This document shows positions 8,366 to 17,553 of a DNA stretch of 64,000 bases, in pieces. Source of the stretch: Anaeromyxobacteraceae bacterium (GTDB lineage: Bacteria; Myxococcota; Myxococcia; Myxococcales; Anaeromyxobacteraceae). Positions within the stretch are counted from its first letter, which is position 1. Every line of letters starts with the position of its first letter. The position numbers and the translations under genes are program-made. The DNA is taken from positions 1,856,001 to 1,920,000 of the forward strand of contig JASGHJ010000001.1 of the NCBI GenBank assembly GCA_047602405.1, in the 5' to 3' direction. The notes below the pieces were generated by a model that searched no databases, was not told the DNA's origin, and was given only the letters and a program-made list of their open reading frames with translations.

Positions 8366-10819
8366 GTGGAGCGCTCCCTCCTGCGTCAGATCTGGCCGGT
8401 GTTCTCCGCCGAGGCGCGCGAGCACCTCGCCGCGATCGGCTCGGGCGTGGTCGACCTCGAGCGCGACCCCTCGCAGGAGGGCGTCCTCGAGCGCGTCCGC
8501 CGCATCGCGCACAGCCTGAAGGGCTCCGCCGGGAGCCTCGGCCTCGCCGACGTCGAGCGGCTCGCGCACGCGCTCGAGTCGTCGCTGGCGGGCTTCGACC
8601 CGGCCGCGGGCCTCCGCCGCGAGGTCGTGCAGGCGGCGCTCGACGCGGTGCAGGCCATCGAGGCGGCCGTCTCCGCCGGCGACGCGGGCGGCGACCCGCG
8701 CGTCGCCGACGTCGAGGCGCTCCTCGCAGGCCTCGGGGCCGCGCCGGCCGCGGCCCGGCTCGCGCCCGGGGCCGTGTCGCTCGACGGCCTCGAGGCCGCG
8801 CTCGCCTCCCTCTGCACGCCGCTCGAGCCGGCCGAGCGCGCCCGCGCCGCCGAGGAGGCCGCCGCCGCGGCCGACGCGCTGGCGGTGCGCCTGCCCGCCC
8901 ACGCGCCCGCGCTCACCGGGATCTCCGCGGCGTTCCGGCGGCTCTCGCTCGGCGGCGACGAGGCGGCCCGCGAGGCCGCCGCGGCGGCCGGCGCCCTCAT
9001 CGATCTCCGCGAGGCGCTCGAGGCCCGGGCGCCGCCGGCCTCCGCGGCGCCCGCCGCCGCCCCGCCCGCGCGCGAGGCCCCGGCCGCCGCCCCCGCCGGC
9101 GGCCCCGCCCCCGCCGATCGCTCCATCCGCGTGCTCGCCTCCGCGCTCGACTCGCTCTCGCGGCAGCTCGAGCTGCTCGCGCTCGCCGAGGGGCGCCACG
9201 CCCGTCGCGCCCGGGAGCTCGCCGCGCTGGAGGCGGCCCTCCGCGCCGCCACCGGCCGGGTCGAGCAGGCGGGCACCGCGCTCAAGGTGGCGGGGGTGGA
9301 CGTCGGACGGGCCGAGCTCGAGGACGGCGCCACGCGCCTGCGCGGGATCGCCGGCGACCTCGCCCGGCTCGCGCGCGACGGGCGCCGCGAGTCGGAGGGG
9401 CAGCGGCTCTCCGCGGCGGTGCTGCGCGAGGACCTGCGCGCGCTGCGCATGGTGCCGGCCGCGGTGCTGCTCGAGCCGGTGCGCCGCGTCGCCCGCGAGG
9501 TCGCGGGCCGGGTGGGCCACGAGGTGGAGGTCGAGCTCGCCGGCGAGGACGTGAAGCTCGATCGCCGGGTGGTGGACCTCCTGCGCGACCCGCTGCTGCA
9601 CCTGGTCCGGAACGCGGTCGACCACGGCGTCGAGGCCCCCGACGAGCGCGCCGCCGCCGGCAAGCCGCGCGCCGGCCGGCTCGCGGTGCGCGTCGAGCCC
9701 CGGGGCGGGCGCGTCGCGCTCGTCATCGAGGACGACGGGCGCGGCCTCGACCCCGAGGCCATCCGCGGGGCCGCGGTGCGCCGCGGGCTCGTGTCCCCCG
9801 AGGCCGCCGAGCGGCTCCCGGACGACGAGGCGGTGCGGCTCGTCTTCCGCGCGGGCGTCTCGACCGCCTCCGCGGTCACCGAGATCTCCGGGCGCGGGGT
9901 CGGCCTCGACGTCGTGCAGGAGGTGCTCACGCGCCTGCAGGGCACCATCGACGTCTCCTTCGAGCGCGGCCGGAGCTCGCGCTTCGAGCTCGAGGTCCCG
10001 GTCACGCTCGCCGCCACCGCCGCGCTCCTCTTCCGCGTCGGCCGCGACGTGGCCGCCCTGCCGGCCGAGACCGTGGAGCGCGTCGTGCTCCACGGGGACG
10101 CCGAGCTCGGCGCCGTGGCCGGCAAGGCGCTCCTCGCGGTCGGCGGCGACCAGCTCCCCTACGCCCACGCCCAGCGGCTCCTCGGCGGCGTGCCCCCGCC
10201 CGCGCACGGGAAGCGGCGGGTCGCCCTGGTCCTCCGCCACGCGGATCAGCGCGCCGCCGTGGGCGTCGACGAGATCCTCGGGCAGCAGGAGCTCGTGGTC
10301 TCGCCGCTGGGGTCCCGGGTCGCGTCGGTGTCCCACCTCGCCGGCGCCGCCATGCTCGACGACGGCCGCGTCGTGGGCATGCTCGCCGCCCCCGAGCTCC
10401 TCCGGCGGGCCCGCCCCGCCGGCGCCGAGCGCGGGCCGGTCGCGCGCCAGCGCGTGGTGGTGGCCGACGACGCGCTCACCACCCGTGCCGCCATGAAGGC
10501 GCTCCTCGAGATCGCGGGCTACGCGGTGCTGCCCGCGGCCGACGGCGAGGAGGCGCTCGCGCTCCTGCGCGAGAGCGGCGCGCCGCTCGTCGTCTCCGAC
10601 GTGCAGATGCCCCGCCTCGACGGCCTCGGCCTGTGCCGGGCCGTGAAGGGGGACGCCGCCCTCCGCGACGTGAAGGTGATCCTCGTGACCTCCCTCGACG
10701 CCCCCGAGGACCGCGCGGCGGGCCTCGAGGCGGGCGCCGACGGCTACGTCGTGAAGCGCGAGGTCGAGCGCGGCAAGCTGCTCGAGCTCGTCCGCCAGCT
10801 CCTCCCGGCGCGCGCATGA
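8366..10819 (+). CDS. cheA: CheA-REC hybrid histidine kinase (WspE-like)
   Basis: Hpt AHSLKGSA, HLVRNAVDHG, DDGRG, SGRGVGLDVV, CheW domain, C-terminal receiver. Confidence 0.93.
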   Translation: MERSLLRQIWPVFSAEAREHLAAIGSGVVDLERDPSQEGVLERVRRIAHSLKGSAGSLGLADVERLAHALESSLAGFDPAAGLRREVVQAALDAVQAIEAAVSAGDAGGDPRVADVEALLAGLGAAPAAARLAPGAVSLDGLEAALASLCTPLEPAERARAAEEAAAAADALAVRLPAHAPALTGISAAFRRLSLGGDEAAREAAAAAGALIDLREALEARAPPASAAPAAAPPAREAPAAAPAGGPAPADRSIRVLASALDSLSRQLELLALAEGRHARRARELAALEAALRAATGRVEQAGTALKVAGVDVGRAELEDGATRLRGIAGDLARLARDGRRESEGQRLSAAVLREDLRALRMVPAAVLLEPVRRVAREVAGRVGHEVEVELAGEDVKLDRRVVDLLRDPLLHLVRNAVDHGVEAPDERAAAGKPRAGRLAVRVEPRGGRVALVIEDDGRGLDPEAIRGAAVRRGLVSPEAAERLPDDEAVRLVFRAGVSTASAVTEISGRGVGLDVVQEVLTRLQGTIDVSFERGRSSRFELEVPVTLAATAALLFRVGRDVAALPAETVERVVLHGDAELGAVAGKALLAVGGDQLPYAHAQRLLGGVPPPAHGKRRVALVLRHADQRAAVGVDEILGQQELVVSPLGSRVASVSHLAGAAMLDDGRVVGMLAAPELLRRARPAGAERGPVARQRVVVADDALTTRAAMKALLEIAGYAVLPAADGEEALALLRESGAPLVVSDVQMPRLDGLGLCRAVKGDAALRDVKVILVTSLDAPEDRAAGLEAGADGYVVKREVERGKLLELVRQLLPARA

Positions 10820-11844
10820 GCCCCATCCGCTGCCTCGTCGCCGACGACTCGCGCACCTTCCGCGCGGTGCTCCGGGCGGTGCTCGCGAGGGCCCAGGGGG
10901 TGGAGGTGGTGGGCGAGGCCGAGGACGGGCACCAGGCGGTCGCGGAGGTGCTGCGCCTGAGGCCGGACGTCGTGACGATGGACGTCCGCATGCCGGGCCA
11001 GGACGGCCTCGCCGCGATCGCCGAGATCATGGAGCGCGCGCCCACGCCGGTGATCGTGGTCTCGGCGGAGGTCGGCCGCGAGGCCCAGGGGCTCTCGTTC
11101 CAGGCGCTCGACCTCGGCGCGATCGAGGTGCTCGGGAAGCCGCGCGGCGACGGCGCCGCGTTCGAGCGCGACGCCGAGGCGATCCGCCGGGCGGTCCGGG
11201 CGGTGGCGGGCCTGAAGCTCGTCACCCGGCGGCGGCGCCCGGCCCCGCCGCGGCTGCCCCCCGGCGCGGTCAGCGCCGCGCCGGTCCCGGCCGCGATCGT
11301 CGGCGTGGTGGCCTCCACGGGCGGGCCGCCCGCCATCGCGGCGCTGCTCCGCGGCCTGCCGGCGGGCTTCGCGGCGCCGGTGCTCGTCGTGCAGCACATC
11401 GCGGCCGGCTTCGAGGCGGGGTTCGCGCACTGGCTCGCCGCCGAGGCGGGCCGGACCGTGCGCGTCGCGGCGGGCGGCGAGCCGCTCACGCCCGGCGCGA
11501 TCCTGGTGGCCCCCGACGGGCGGCACCTCGTCGCGCGCAGCGGCCTCGTGCACCTCACGGACGACCCGCCGGTGAAGGGCTTCCGGCCGGCCGGCAACGT
11601 GCTGCTCGAGGCGCTCGCCCGGGAGTACGGCGCCCGCGCGGCCGGCCTCGTGCTCACCGGCATGGGCGAGGACGGCGTGGAGGGCCTGCGGGCCCTGCGG
11701 GCCCGCGGCGCCCCGACCGCCGCCCAGGGGCCGGCGAGCTCCGTCGTCTTCGGCATGCCCAGGGTGGCGCTCGAGTCCGGCGCGGCCGCCGAGGCGGTCG
11801 AGGCGGACGACCTCGCCGCGTGGGTCACGCGCGTGGCGCGCTGA
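10816..11844 (+). CDS. cheB: chemotaxis methylesterase
   Basis: N-terminal receiver; ASTGGP, QHI, LTGMGEDG catalytic motifs; ATGA overlap with cheA. Confidence 0.93.
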   Translation: MSPIRCLVADDSRTFRAVLRAVLARAQGVEVVGEAEDGHQAVAEVLRLRPDVVTMDVRMPGQDGLAAIAEIMERAPTPVIVVSAEVGREAQGLSFQALDLGAIEVLGKPRGDGAAFERDAEAIRRAVRAVAGLKLVTRRRRPAPPRLPPGAVSAAPVPAAIVGVVASTGGPPAIAALLRGLPAGFAAPVLVVQHIAAGFEAGFAHWLAAEAGRTVRVAAGGEPLTPGAILVAPDGRHLVARSGLVHLTDDPPVKGFRPAGNVLLEALAREYGARAAGLVLTGMGEDGVEGLRALRARGAPTAAQGPASSVVFGMPRVALESGAAAEAVEADDLAAWVTRVAR

Positions 11845-11872
11845 GCGGGCCGTCGCGGTACCATCCCGGGCG

Positions 11873-12682
11873 GTGTTCGATCCGCTCCTCCACGCCCGGG
11901 CGCTCACGCCCCGCGACCTCGCCGACCTCGCCTTCTTCGGCGTGACCGGCGCGCTCGTGCCGTCCGACGACTCGGTGGCCGCGGCGACCGGCGCGCGCGT
12001 CCGCGCCGGCTGGGCCGACACCGTCTCCGCCGCGCGCCGGCTGCGCCGGGCGGGCCTCGCCGCGTGGGCCGCGGTCGGGGTGCACCCGGCGCGGATCCCG
12101 CTGCGCGGGCTCGAGGCGCTCCTCGCCGACCTGCCGGGCGAGCTCTCCCGGCCCGAGGTCGCGGCGGTCGGCGCCGTGGGCCTCGGCGGGGGCGGCGAGC
12201 TCGAGGAGCGGGTCCTCGTGCGGCAGCTCGAGCTCGCCCGCGAGCTCCGCAGGCCGGTGCTCGTGGCCGTGCCCTGGCGCGGGCGCGAGCGCGCCGTGAG
12301 GCGCACGCTCGTCCTCCTCCGGGAGGCGGAGCTCGAGCCCGGGCGCGCGCTCGTCCTCGGCGCCGGGCCGGGCACGGTGCGGGCCATCCGGGCCATGGGC
12401 CAGCTCGCGGGCGTGTCGCTCTCGTCCGGCGACCGCGGCGATCCGGTCGAGGCCGCGGTGCGCCTCGTGAAGGAGCACGGCCCGGAGGGCATCGCGCTCG
12501 GCTCCGACGCGGGCCAGGCCGGCGGCGACCTCCTCGCGCTCCCGCGCGCCGCCGACCGTCTCGCGCGCGCCGGCCTCTCCGACGCGGTCATCCGGCGGGT
12601 GTGCGGCGCGAACGCCCTCGCGTTCCTCGGGGTGGACGCGAAGGCGGTCCGCGGGGGTCCTCGCCGCGCGCGGCGCGGGTAG
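11873..12682 (+). CDS. TatD-like amidohydrolase-fold protein with degenerate metal ligands
   Basis: AVGVHP..IP, QLELAREL..PV, GSDAG layout of TatD family. Confidence 0.65.
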   Translation: MFDPLLHARALTPRDLADLAFFGVTGALVPSDDSVAAATGARVRAGWADTVSAARRLRRAGLAAWAAVGVHPARIPLRGLEALLADLPGELSRPEVAAVGAVGLGGGGELEERVLVRQLELARELRRPVLVAVPWRGRERAVRRTLVLLREAELEPGRALVLGAGPGTVRAIRAMGQLAGVSLSSGDRGDPVEAAVRLVKEHGPEGIALGSDAGQAGGDLLALPRAADRLARAGLSDAVIRRVCGANALAFLGVDAKAVRGGPRRARRG

Positions 12683-12687
12683 GGCGC

Positions 12688-13069
12688 TCACCCCTGGGCG
12701 CGGGCCGCCTTCACCTCGCGCAGCCTCGCGTGGGTCTCGAGGTCCTCGAGCTTGCCCTCGAGCGCGTCGCCCGTCGCCCGGAACGACCACAGGACGTGCA
12801 CGCGCGCGTTCCTGAACTCGGCGGCCCACCACCCCTCCGCCGCGCGCGCGAGCTCGAGGTCGAACATGGGCACCTCCTCGCCCTCGAGGATTCTTGAAGG
12901 CGTCCACGCGGACCGTCCCCCCGGGGAGCAGGGTGCAGCGGTACACCACGACCTCGTCCTTGCAGGCGGGGCCCGCGGCGGGCCGCAGGCAGGTCGAGGT
13001 GCCCCTCCAGGTCCCGGCGAGGTCGGGCGGCGTGGCCAGCAGGGTCATGGCGGCAACGAGCGCGAGCAT
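12688..13069 (-). CDS. small secreted hypothetical protein, apparent +1 frameshift at ~12891
   Basis: Removing one base joins MLALVAAM..AFK to ILEGEEVPMFDLEL..AQG. Confidence 0.6.
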
Positions 13070-13100
13070 CGCGAGGCCCTCCGGTGGAGAATGAGCGGCC

Positions 13101-14279
13101 GTGCTCGAGAAGGTGACGAGGGTCTTCCGGGGCCTGCCCGGCCTCTACTGGGTGCTCTTCGGCGGCGTCGCGCTGATGGCGCTCGCGACCTTCGTGTTCC
13201 CGTTCCTCGCGCTCTTCCTGACCGCGCGCGGCTACTCGGTCGAGGAGGCGGGGCTCCTCGTCTCGCTCTTCGGCGCGGGGTCCATCCCGGCGGGCCCCAT
13301 CGCGGGGACGCTCGCCGATCGGCTCGGCCGCCGGCCCACGCTCGTCGGCGCGCTCGTCGCGGGCGCGGCGTGCACGGCCGCGCTGCCGTTCCTCGAGCAC
13401 CCGGCGGTCGTCGCCGCCGGCGTGCTCGTGCTCGGCGTCGCCATCCACGCCTACTTCCCGGCCGCGAACGCGATCGTCGCGGACGTGGTCCCGCGCGAAC
13501 GGCTCGGCGACGCGTACGGTCTCATGTACTGGGAGCGCAACGCCGGGATCGCGATCTCCTTCGCGCTCGGCGGCGCGCTCGCCGCGCGGGGCTACGGGCT
13601 GCTCTTCCTCGCGGACGCCGCCACGACCTTCCTCTTCGCGCTCGTGGCGTGGCGCTTCGTGCCGGAGACGCGGCCGGCCGGGGCGGCGGCGGCCGGCGGG
13701 GGCGCGCCCCGCGGCTACGGGGTCGTGCTCCGCGACCGGCGCTTCGTCGCGCTGATGGCCCTCGCGCTCCTCTGGATGGTCGGGCTCTTCCAGTTCATGG
13801 TCGCGCTGCCGGTGCACATGAGGGCGATCGGCCTCGACGAGGCCCGCTACGGCGCGGTGATGGCCGTGAACGGCGCGATCATCCTGCTCCTCTCGCCGTG
13901 GGCGGGCCGGCTCGGGGAGGCGTTCGACCCGGCGAAGGTGCTCGCGGCGGGCGCGCTCCTCACCGGCACCGGCTACGGCGCGTACGCCGTCTGCACGACG
14001 CCGCTCCAGTACGCCGCGGCGACCGCCGTCTGGAGCCTCGGCGAGGTGACGACCATCCCGACCCTCCCGGCGCTCGTGGCGCAGCTCGCCCCGCCGGACC
14101 TGCGCGGGCGCTACCAGGGCGCGCTCGGCACGACCTTCGGGACGGCGCTCGCGGTCGCGCCGGCACTCTCGGGCGTCGTGCTCGGCCGGCTCGGGGCCCA
14201 CGCGGTCTGGACCGGGACCGCCGCGCTCTGCCTCGTGGTCGCCGCGGGCCACCTCGCGGCGGGGCGCGCGCGGCCCTGA
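13101..14279 (+). CDS. MFS transporter
   Basis: GTLADRLGRR motif A, about 12 hydrophobic segments. Confidence 0.92.
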   Translation: MLEKVTRVFRGLPGLYWVLFGGVALMALATFVFPFLALFLTARGYSVEEAGLLVSLFGAGSIPAGPIAGTLADRLGRRPTLVGALVAGAACTAALPFLEHPAVVAAGVLVLGVAIHAYFPAANAIVADVVPRERLGDAYGLMYWERNAGIAISFALGGALAARGYGLLFLADAATTFLFALVAWRFVPETRPAGAAAAGGGAPRGYGVVLRDRRFVALMALALLWMVGLFQFMVALPVHMRAIGLDEARYGAVMAVNGAIILLLSPWAGRLGEAFDPAKVLAAGALLTGTGYGAYAVCTTPLQYAAATAVWSLGEVTTIPTLPALVAQLAPPDLRGRYQGALGTTFGTALAVAPALSGVVLGRLGAHAVWTGTAALCLVVAAGHLAAGRARP

Positions 14280-14321
14280 GCCCCTTGCCAGGGCCGTGCG
14301 GGTTCGGCTTCAATCGCCCGC

Positions 14322-14543
14322 ATGACCCGACTCCTCGGCCTCGCGGGGCTCCTCCTCGGGCTCTCCGCCTGCGGCGTCTGCGAACCGAACGTGCAACGCT
14401 GCACGGACAACCGGATCGAGGTCTGCGAAGACGGCACGCGCTGGCGGACGGCGGACGACTGCAGCGCCGGCGCGAAGACCTGCACCGTCGGGGACGCGTG
14501 CCCGTTCGACCTGAAGGGGGTCGACCCGGTCTGCTGCCTCTGA
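14322..14543 (+). CDS. small cysteine-rich lipoprotein
   Basis: Lipobox LSAC; 8 further Cys in the mature part. Confidence 0.7.
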   Translation: MTRLLGLAGLLLGLSACGVCEPNVQRCTDNRIEVCEDGTRWRTADDCSAGAKTCTVGDACPFDLKGVDPVCCL

Positions 14544-14553
14544 CGCCCGGAGG

Positions 14554-15048
14554 TCAGCGCTTCCGCTTCGCCGCCGCGGCGCGCGCCTTCCTCGGCTGCG
14601 CCGCGGGCGGCGCGCCCTCGCGCAGCCACAGCCCGGTCCGGCCGCCGTCCTTCCGCGAGAGCTCGACGCGCTCGATCACCATGCCGTGCTCGTAGCGCTT
14701 CAGCATGTCGTAGATGGTGAGGAGCGCCGCCATCACCGCGGCGAGCGCCTCCATCTCGACGCCTGTGCGGTCGACCGTCTTCACGGTCGCGACCACCTCG
14801 ACCCCGTCCGGGCCGGGCGTCGCCTCGACCTCGATGTTCGAGAGCGCGATGGGGTGGCAGAGCGGGACGATGTCCGGCGTGTGCTTCGCCGCGAGCACGC
14901 CGGCGAGCCGGCAGGCGGCGAGCACGTCGCCCTTCTCGACGTCGCCGCGCACGATGCGCGCGACCGTCTCCGGCTGCATCACGATGCGGCCCCGGGCGAT
15001 GGCCACCCGCTCGGTCTTCGGCTTCGCGCCGACGTCGATCATCTTCAC
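14554..15048 (-). CDS. moaC: cyclic pyranopterin monophosphate synthase
   Basis: MIDVGAK, KGDVL, PLCHPI, TGVEMEAL, IYDMLK, KDGGRTG. Confidence 0.95.
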   Translation of the reverse strand: MKMIDVGAKPKTERVAIARGRIVMQPETVARIVRGDVEKGDVLAACRLAGVLAAKHTPDIVPLCHPIALSNIEVEATPGPDGVEVVATVKTVDRTGVEMEALAAVMAALLTIYDMLKRYEHGMVIERVELSRKDGGRTGLWLREGAPPAAQPRKARAAAAKRKR

Positions 15049-15074
15049 GGCGGATCCCCTCCCAGGGCGCGGCG

Positions 15075-16019
15075 TCAGTCCCACTTCTCGGTCGCGTGCT
15101 CGCCGAGCCACCGCTCGGCGTCGATCGCGGCCATGCAGCCCGAGCCCGCGGCGCTGACCGCCTGGCGGTAGGTCGGGTCGGACACGTCGCCCGCGGCGAA
15201 GACGCCCGGGACGCTCGTGTAGGTCGAGGGCGCCTTCACCTTCAGGTACCCGACCTCGTTCATGTCGAGCTGGCCCTTGAAGAGCTTCGTGTTCGGCTCG
15301 TGGCCGATGCCCATGAAGACGCCCTTCACGCGGAGCTCGCGGGTGGCGCCGGACTTCACGTTCTTCAGGCGCACGCCGGTGACCGCCCGGCCGTCGCCGA
15401 GGATCTCGTCGATGGTCTCGCCGAGGGCGAAGCCGATCTTCGGGTTCGCCTTCGCGCGGTCGGCCATGATCTTCGAGGCGCGCAGCTCCTCGCGGCGGTG
15501 CACGATGGTGACCTTGGTCGCGAACTTCGTGAGGAAGCTCGCCTCCTCCATGGCCGTGTCGCCGCCGCCCACCACGACGATCTCGGTGTTCTTGAAGAAG
15601 AAGCCGTCGCAGGTCGCGCAGGCCGAGACGCCCTTGCCCTGGTAGGTCTTCTCGGAGGGGAGATCGAGCCACTTCGCCGAGGCGCCGGTGGCCACGATCA
15701 CGGCGTCGGCCGTGTAGAGCTGGTCGTCCTGCCAGAGGGAGAACGGCCGCCTCGAGAAGTCGACCCGGGTGACCTCGCCCGAGACGAAGCGGGTGCCGAA
15801 GCGCTCCGCCTGCTTGCGCATCCGCTCCATGAGCTCGGGGCCCATGATCGCCTCTTCGAAGCCGGGGTAGTTCTCGACCTCGCTCGTGATCGTGAGCTGG
15901 CCGCCGGGCTGCAGGCCGTCGAAGACGAGCGGCTTCAGGTTCGCGCGGGCGGCGTAGAGGGCGGCGGTGTAGCCGGCGGGGCCGGTGCCGATGATGACGA
16001 GGCGTTCGTGCTGGGCCAT
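15075..16019 (-). CDS. trxB: thioredoxin-disulfide reductase
   Basis: GTGPAGYTAA, CATCDG, GGGDTAMEEA, YRQAVSAAGSG. Confidence 0.97.
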   Translation of the reverse strand: MAQHERLVIIGTGPAGYTAALYAARANLKPLVFDGLQPGGQLTITSEVENYPGFEEAIMGPELMERMRKQAERFGTRFVSGEVTRVDFSRRPFSLWQDDQLYTADAVIVATGASAKWLDLPSEKTYQGKGVSACATCDGFFFKNTEIVVVGGGDTAMEEASFLTKFATKVTIVHRREELRASKIMADRAKANPKIGFALGETIDEILGDGRAVTGVRLKNVKSGATRELRVKGVFMGIGHEPNTKLFKGQLDMNEVGYLKVKAPSTYTSVPGVFAAGDVSDPTYRQAVSAAGSGCMAAIDAERWLGEHATEKWD

Positions 16020-16127
16020 GGGGGCGTTCTCCGGGGCGGTTCTTTTATCGCCTGAGAGCCGGGTCTGTCACGGGAAGGTTCCGGGGGCGGCGGGGCGGGG
16101 GTCGGGGCGTGCTAAGCTCCCGGACGC

Positions 16128-16592
16128 ATGGACCCTTCGGCGCTCCGCGCGTGCACGCTCTTCAAGGCCCTCCCCGCCGACCGGCTCGCGAAGATCGCCG
16201 CGGTGGCCACCCACCGCGATCACCGCGCGGGCGAGGTGATCTTCAAGGAGGGCGACGGCGGCGACGAGATGTTCGTGGTCGTCGCGGGCAAGGTGCGCAT
16301 CTCGAAGCAGGTGCCGGGCGTCGGCGAGGAGGCGCTCGCCGTCCTCGAGCCGGGCGCGCATTTCGGCGAGATGGCCATGGTCGACGACGCCCCCCGCGCC
16401 GCCGACGCGAGGGCCCACACCACCTGCGCGCTCGCGGTCATCAAGCGCGAGGACCTCGACCGGGTGATGTTCCTCGACAAGGAGCTCGCCTACGACCTGC
16501 TCTGGACCTTCGTCCGCACCCTCACCGCGCGCCTGCGCGAGACGAACGACAAGATCCAGTCGTTCTTCGCGATGACGGGCGGGTTCAAGTAG
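16128..16592 (+). CDS. cyclic nucleotide-binding domain protein
   Basis: IFKEGD, FGEMA, PRAADARA phosphate-binding cassette. Confidence 0.9.
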   Translation: MDPSALRACTLFKALPADRLAKIAAVATHRDHRAGEVIFKEGDGGDEMFVVVAGKVRISKQVPGVGEEALAVLEPGAHFGEMAMVDDAPRAADARAHTTCALAVIKREDLDRVMFLDKELAYDLLWTFVRTLTARLRETNDKIQSFFAMTGGFK

Positions 16593-16611
16593 GGCGGCGG
16601 CGTCCGGGGCC

Positions 16612-16980
16612 TTACCGGCGCCGGGAGACCCACCGCGCCGACGTTGCGGCGGTTCGCCTGGCCGGCCCCCGCGATCGCGCGGAGCGTCGCCTCGTCTTCA
16701 CGAGCCGCACCTCGGCCCCGAGCGCGCGGGCGAGCGCGGCCACCGTCCCGACCGTCGGGTTGGCGTGCGCCGCCTCGATCCGGCTGATCTCGCTCTGCTG
16801 CACGCCGGCCAGTTGCGAGAGCTGGCGCTGGGTGAGGCCGCGGGCCTTGCGAAGCGAGAGCAGCTCGCCGGCGAGACGGAAGTGGGCGTCGAACGCGGCG
16901 AGCTCCTCGACCGCCTTCGGACCCTCGCGGCGCGCCTCCGCCTCCAGCTCGCGCATGAAATCCTGGAACTTGCGGGTCAT
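16612..16980 (-). CDS. XRE-family HTH antitoxin (HigA-like)
   Basis: RKARGLTQRQLSQLAGVQQSEISRIE HTH, directly downstream of the toxin. Confidence 0.85.
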   Translation of the reverse strand: MTRKFQDFMRELEAEARREGPKAVEELAAFDAHFRLAGELLSLRKARGLTQRQLSQLAGVQQSEISRIEAAHANPTVGTVAALARALGAEVRLVKTRRRSARSRGPARRTAATSARWVSRRR

Positions 16981-17040
16981 CGAGGCGCTCCGGGTGCCGG
17001 AGGAGGCACCCGGCAGATATGGGCTTTACCCCATCAGATG

Positions 17041-17466
17041 TCAACCGGCCCCGCCCCGATGCCGCTTCTGCCAGTCCTTCAGCCGGCTTCGCGCCACGGC
17101 GATCTCCTGGCTCTGTCGCTTCGCCGAAGAGGCCTCGCCCTTGTCGTACCCTGCGAGGAGCAGGATGAGCTTGTCGCCGTGCGCGTGGCAGAAGACCCGG
17201 AGGAGCATCTTCGCCTCGCCGGGATCGCGTGCGCCCGTCACGACCTCCGCGAGGTCCGAACCTCGAAGCCTGAACTCGAAGAGTCCCTGCCCGAGCTGTC
17301 GTCCGAACTTCGTGTTGCAGACGCCGACGCCGAGCTCCTGGAGCACGCGGTTCATGGCGGTGCCCAGCGCGCGGCGCTTCCGAGGCGAGAGCTCCTCGCG
17401 CAGCCACCGAAGAACGGGCGCGTCGCCGTGCGCGTCCTCGTAGAACTCGATCTCGTAGGCCGCCAC
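17041..17466 (-). CDS. RelE/ParE-superfamily (HigB/Gp49-like) toxin
   Basis: YEIEFYED..G..PV..WL, LGQGLFEFRL, ILLLAGYDK, EIAVAR; start 17466 or 17487. Confidence 0.8.
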   Translation of the reverse strand: MAAYEIEFYEDAHGDAPVLRWLREELSPRKRRALGTAMNRVLQELGVGVCNTKFGRQLGQGLFEFRLRGSDLAEVVTGARDPGEAKMLLRVFCHAHGDKLILLLAGYDKGEASSAKRQSQEIAVARSRLKDWQKRHRGGAG

Positions 17467-17553
17467 GAACGTCAGCAGACCACGCACCGCTGACGGTCTC
17501 GGCCGTGACCCGGCAAGCCAGATACCGGCCAGAGGTGCATGGAGAATGCGAAG

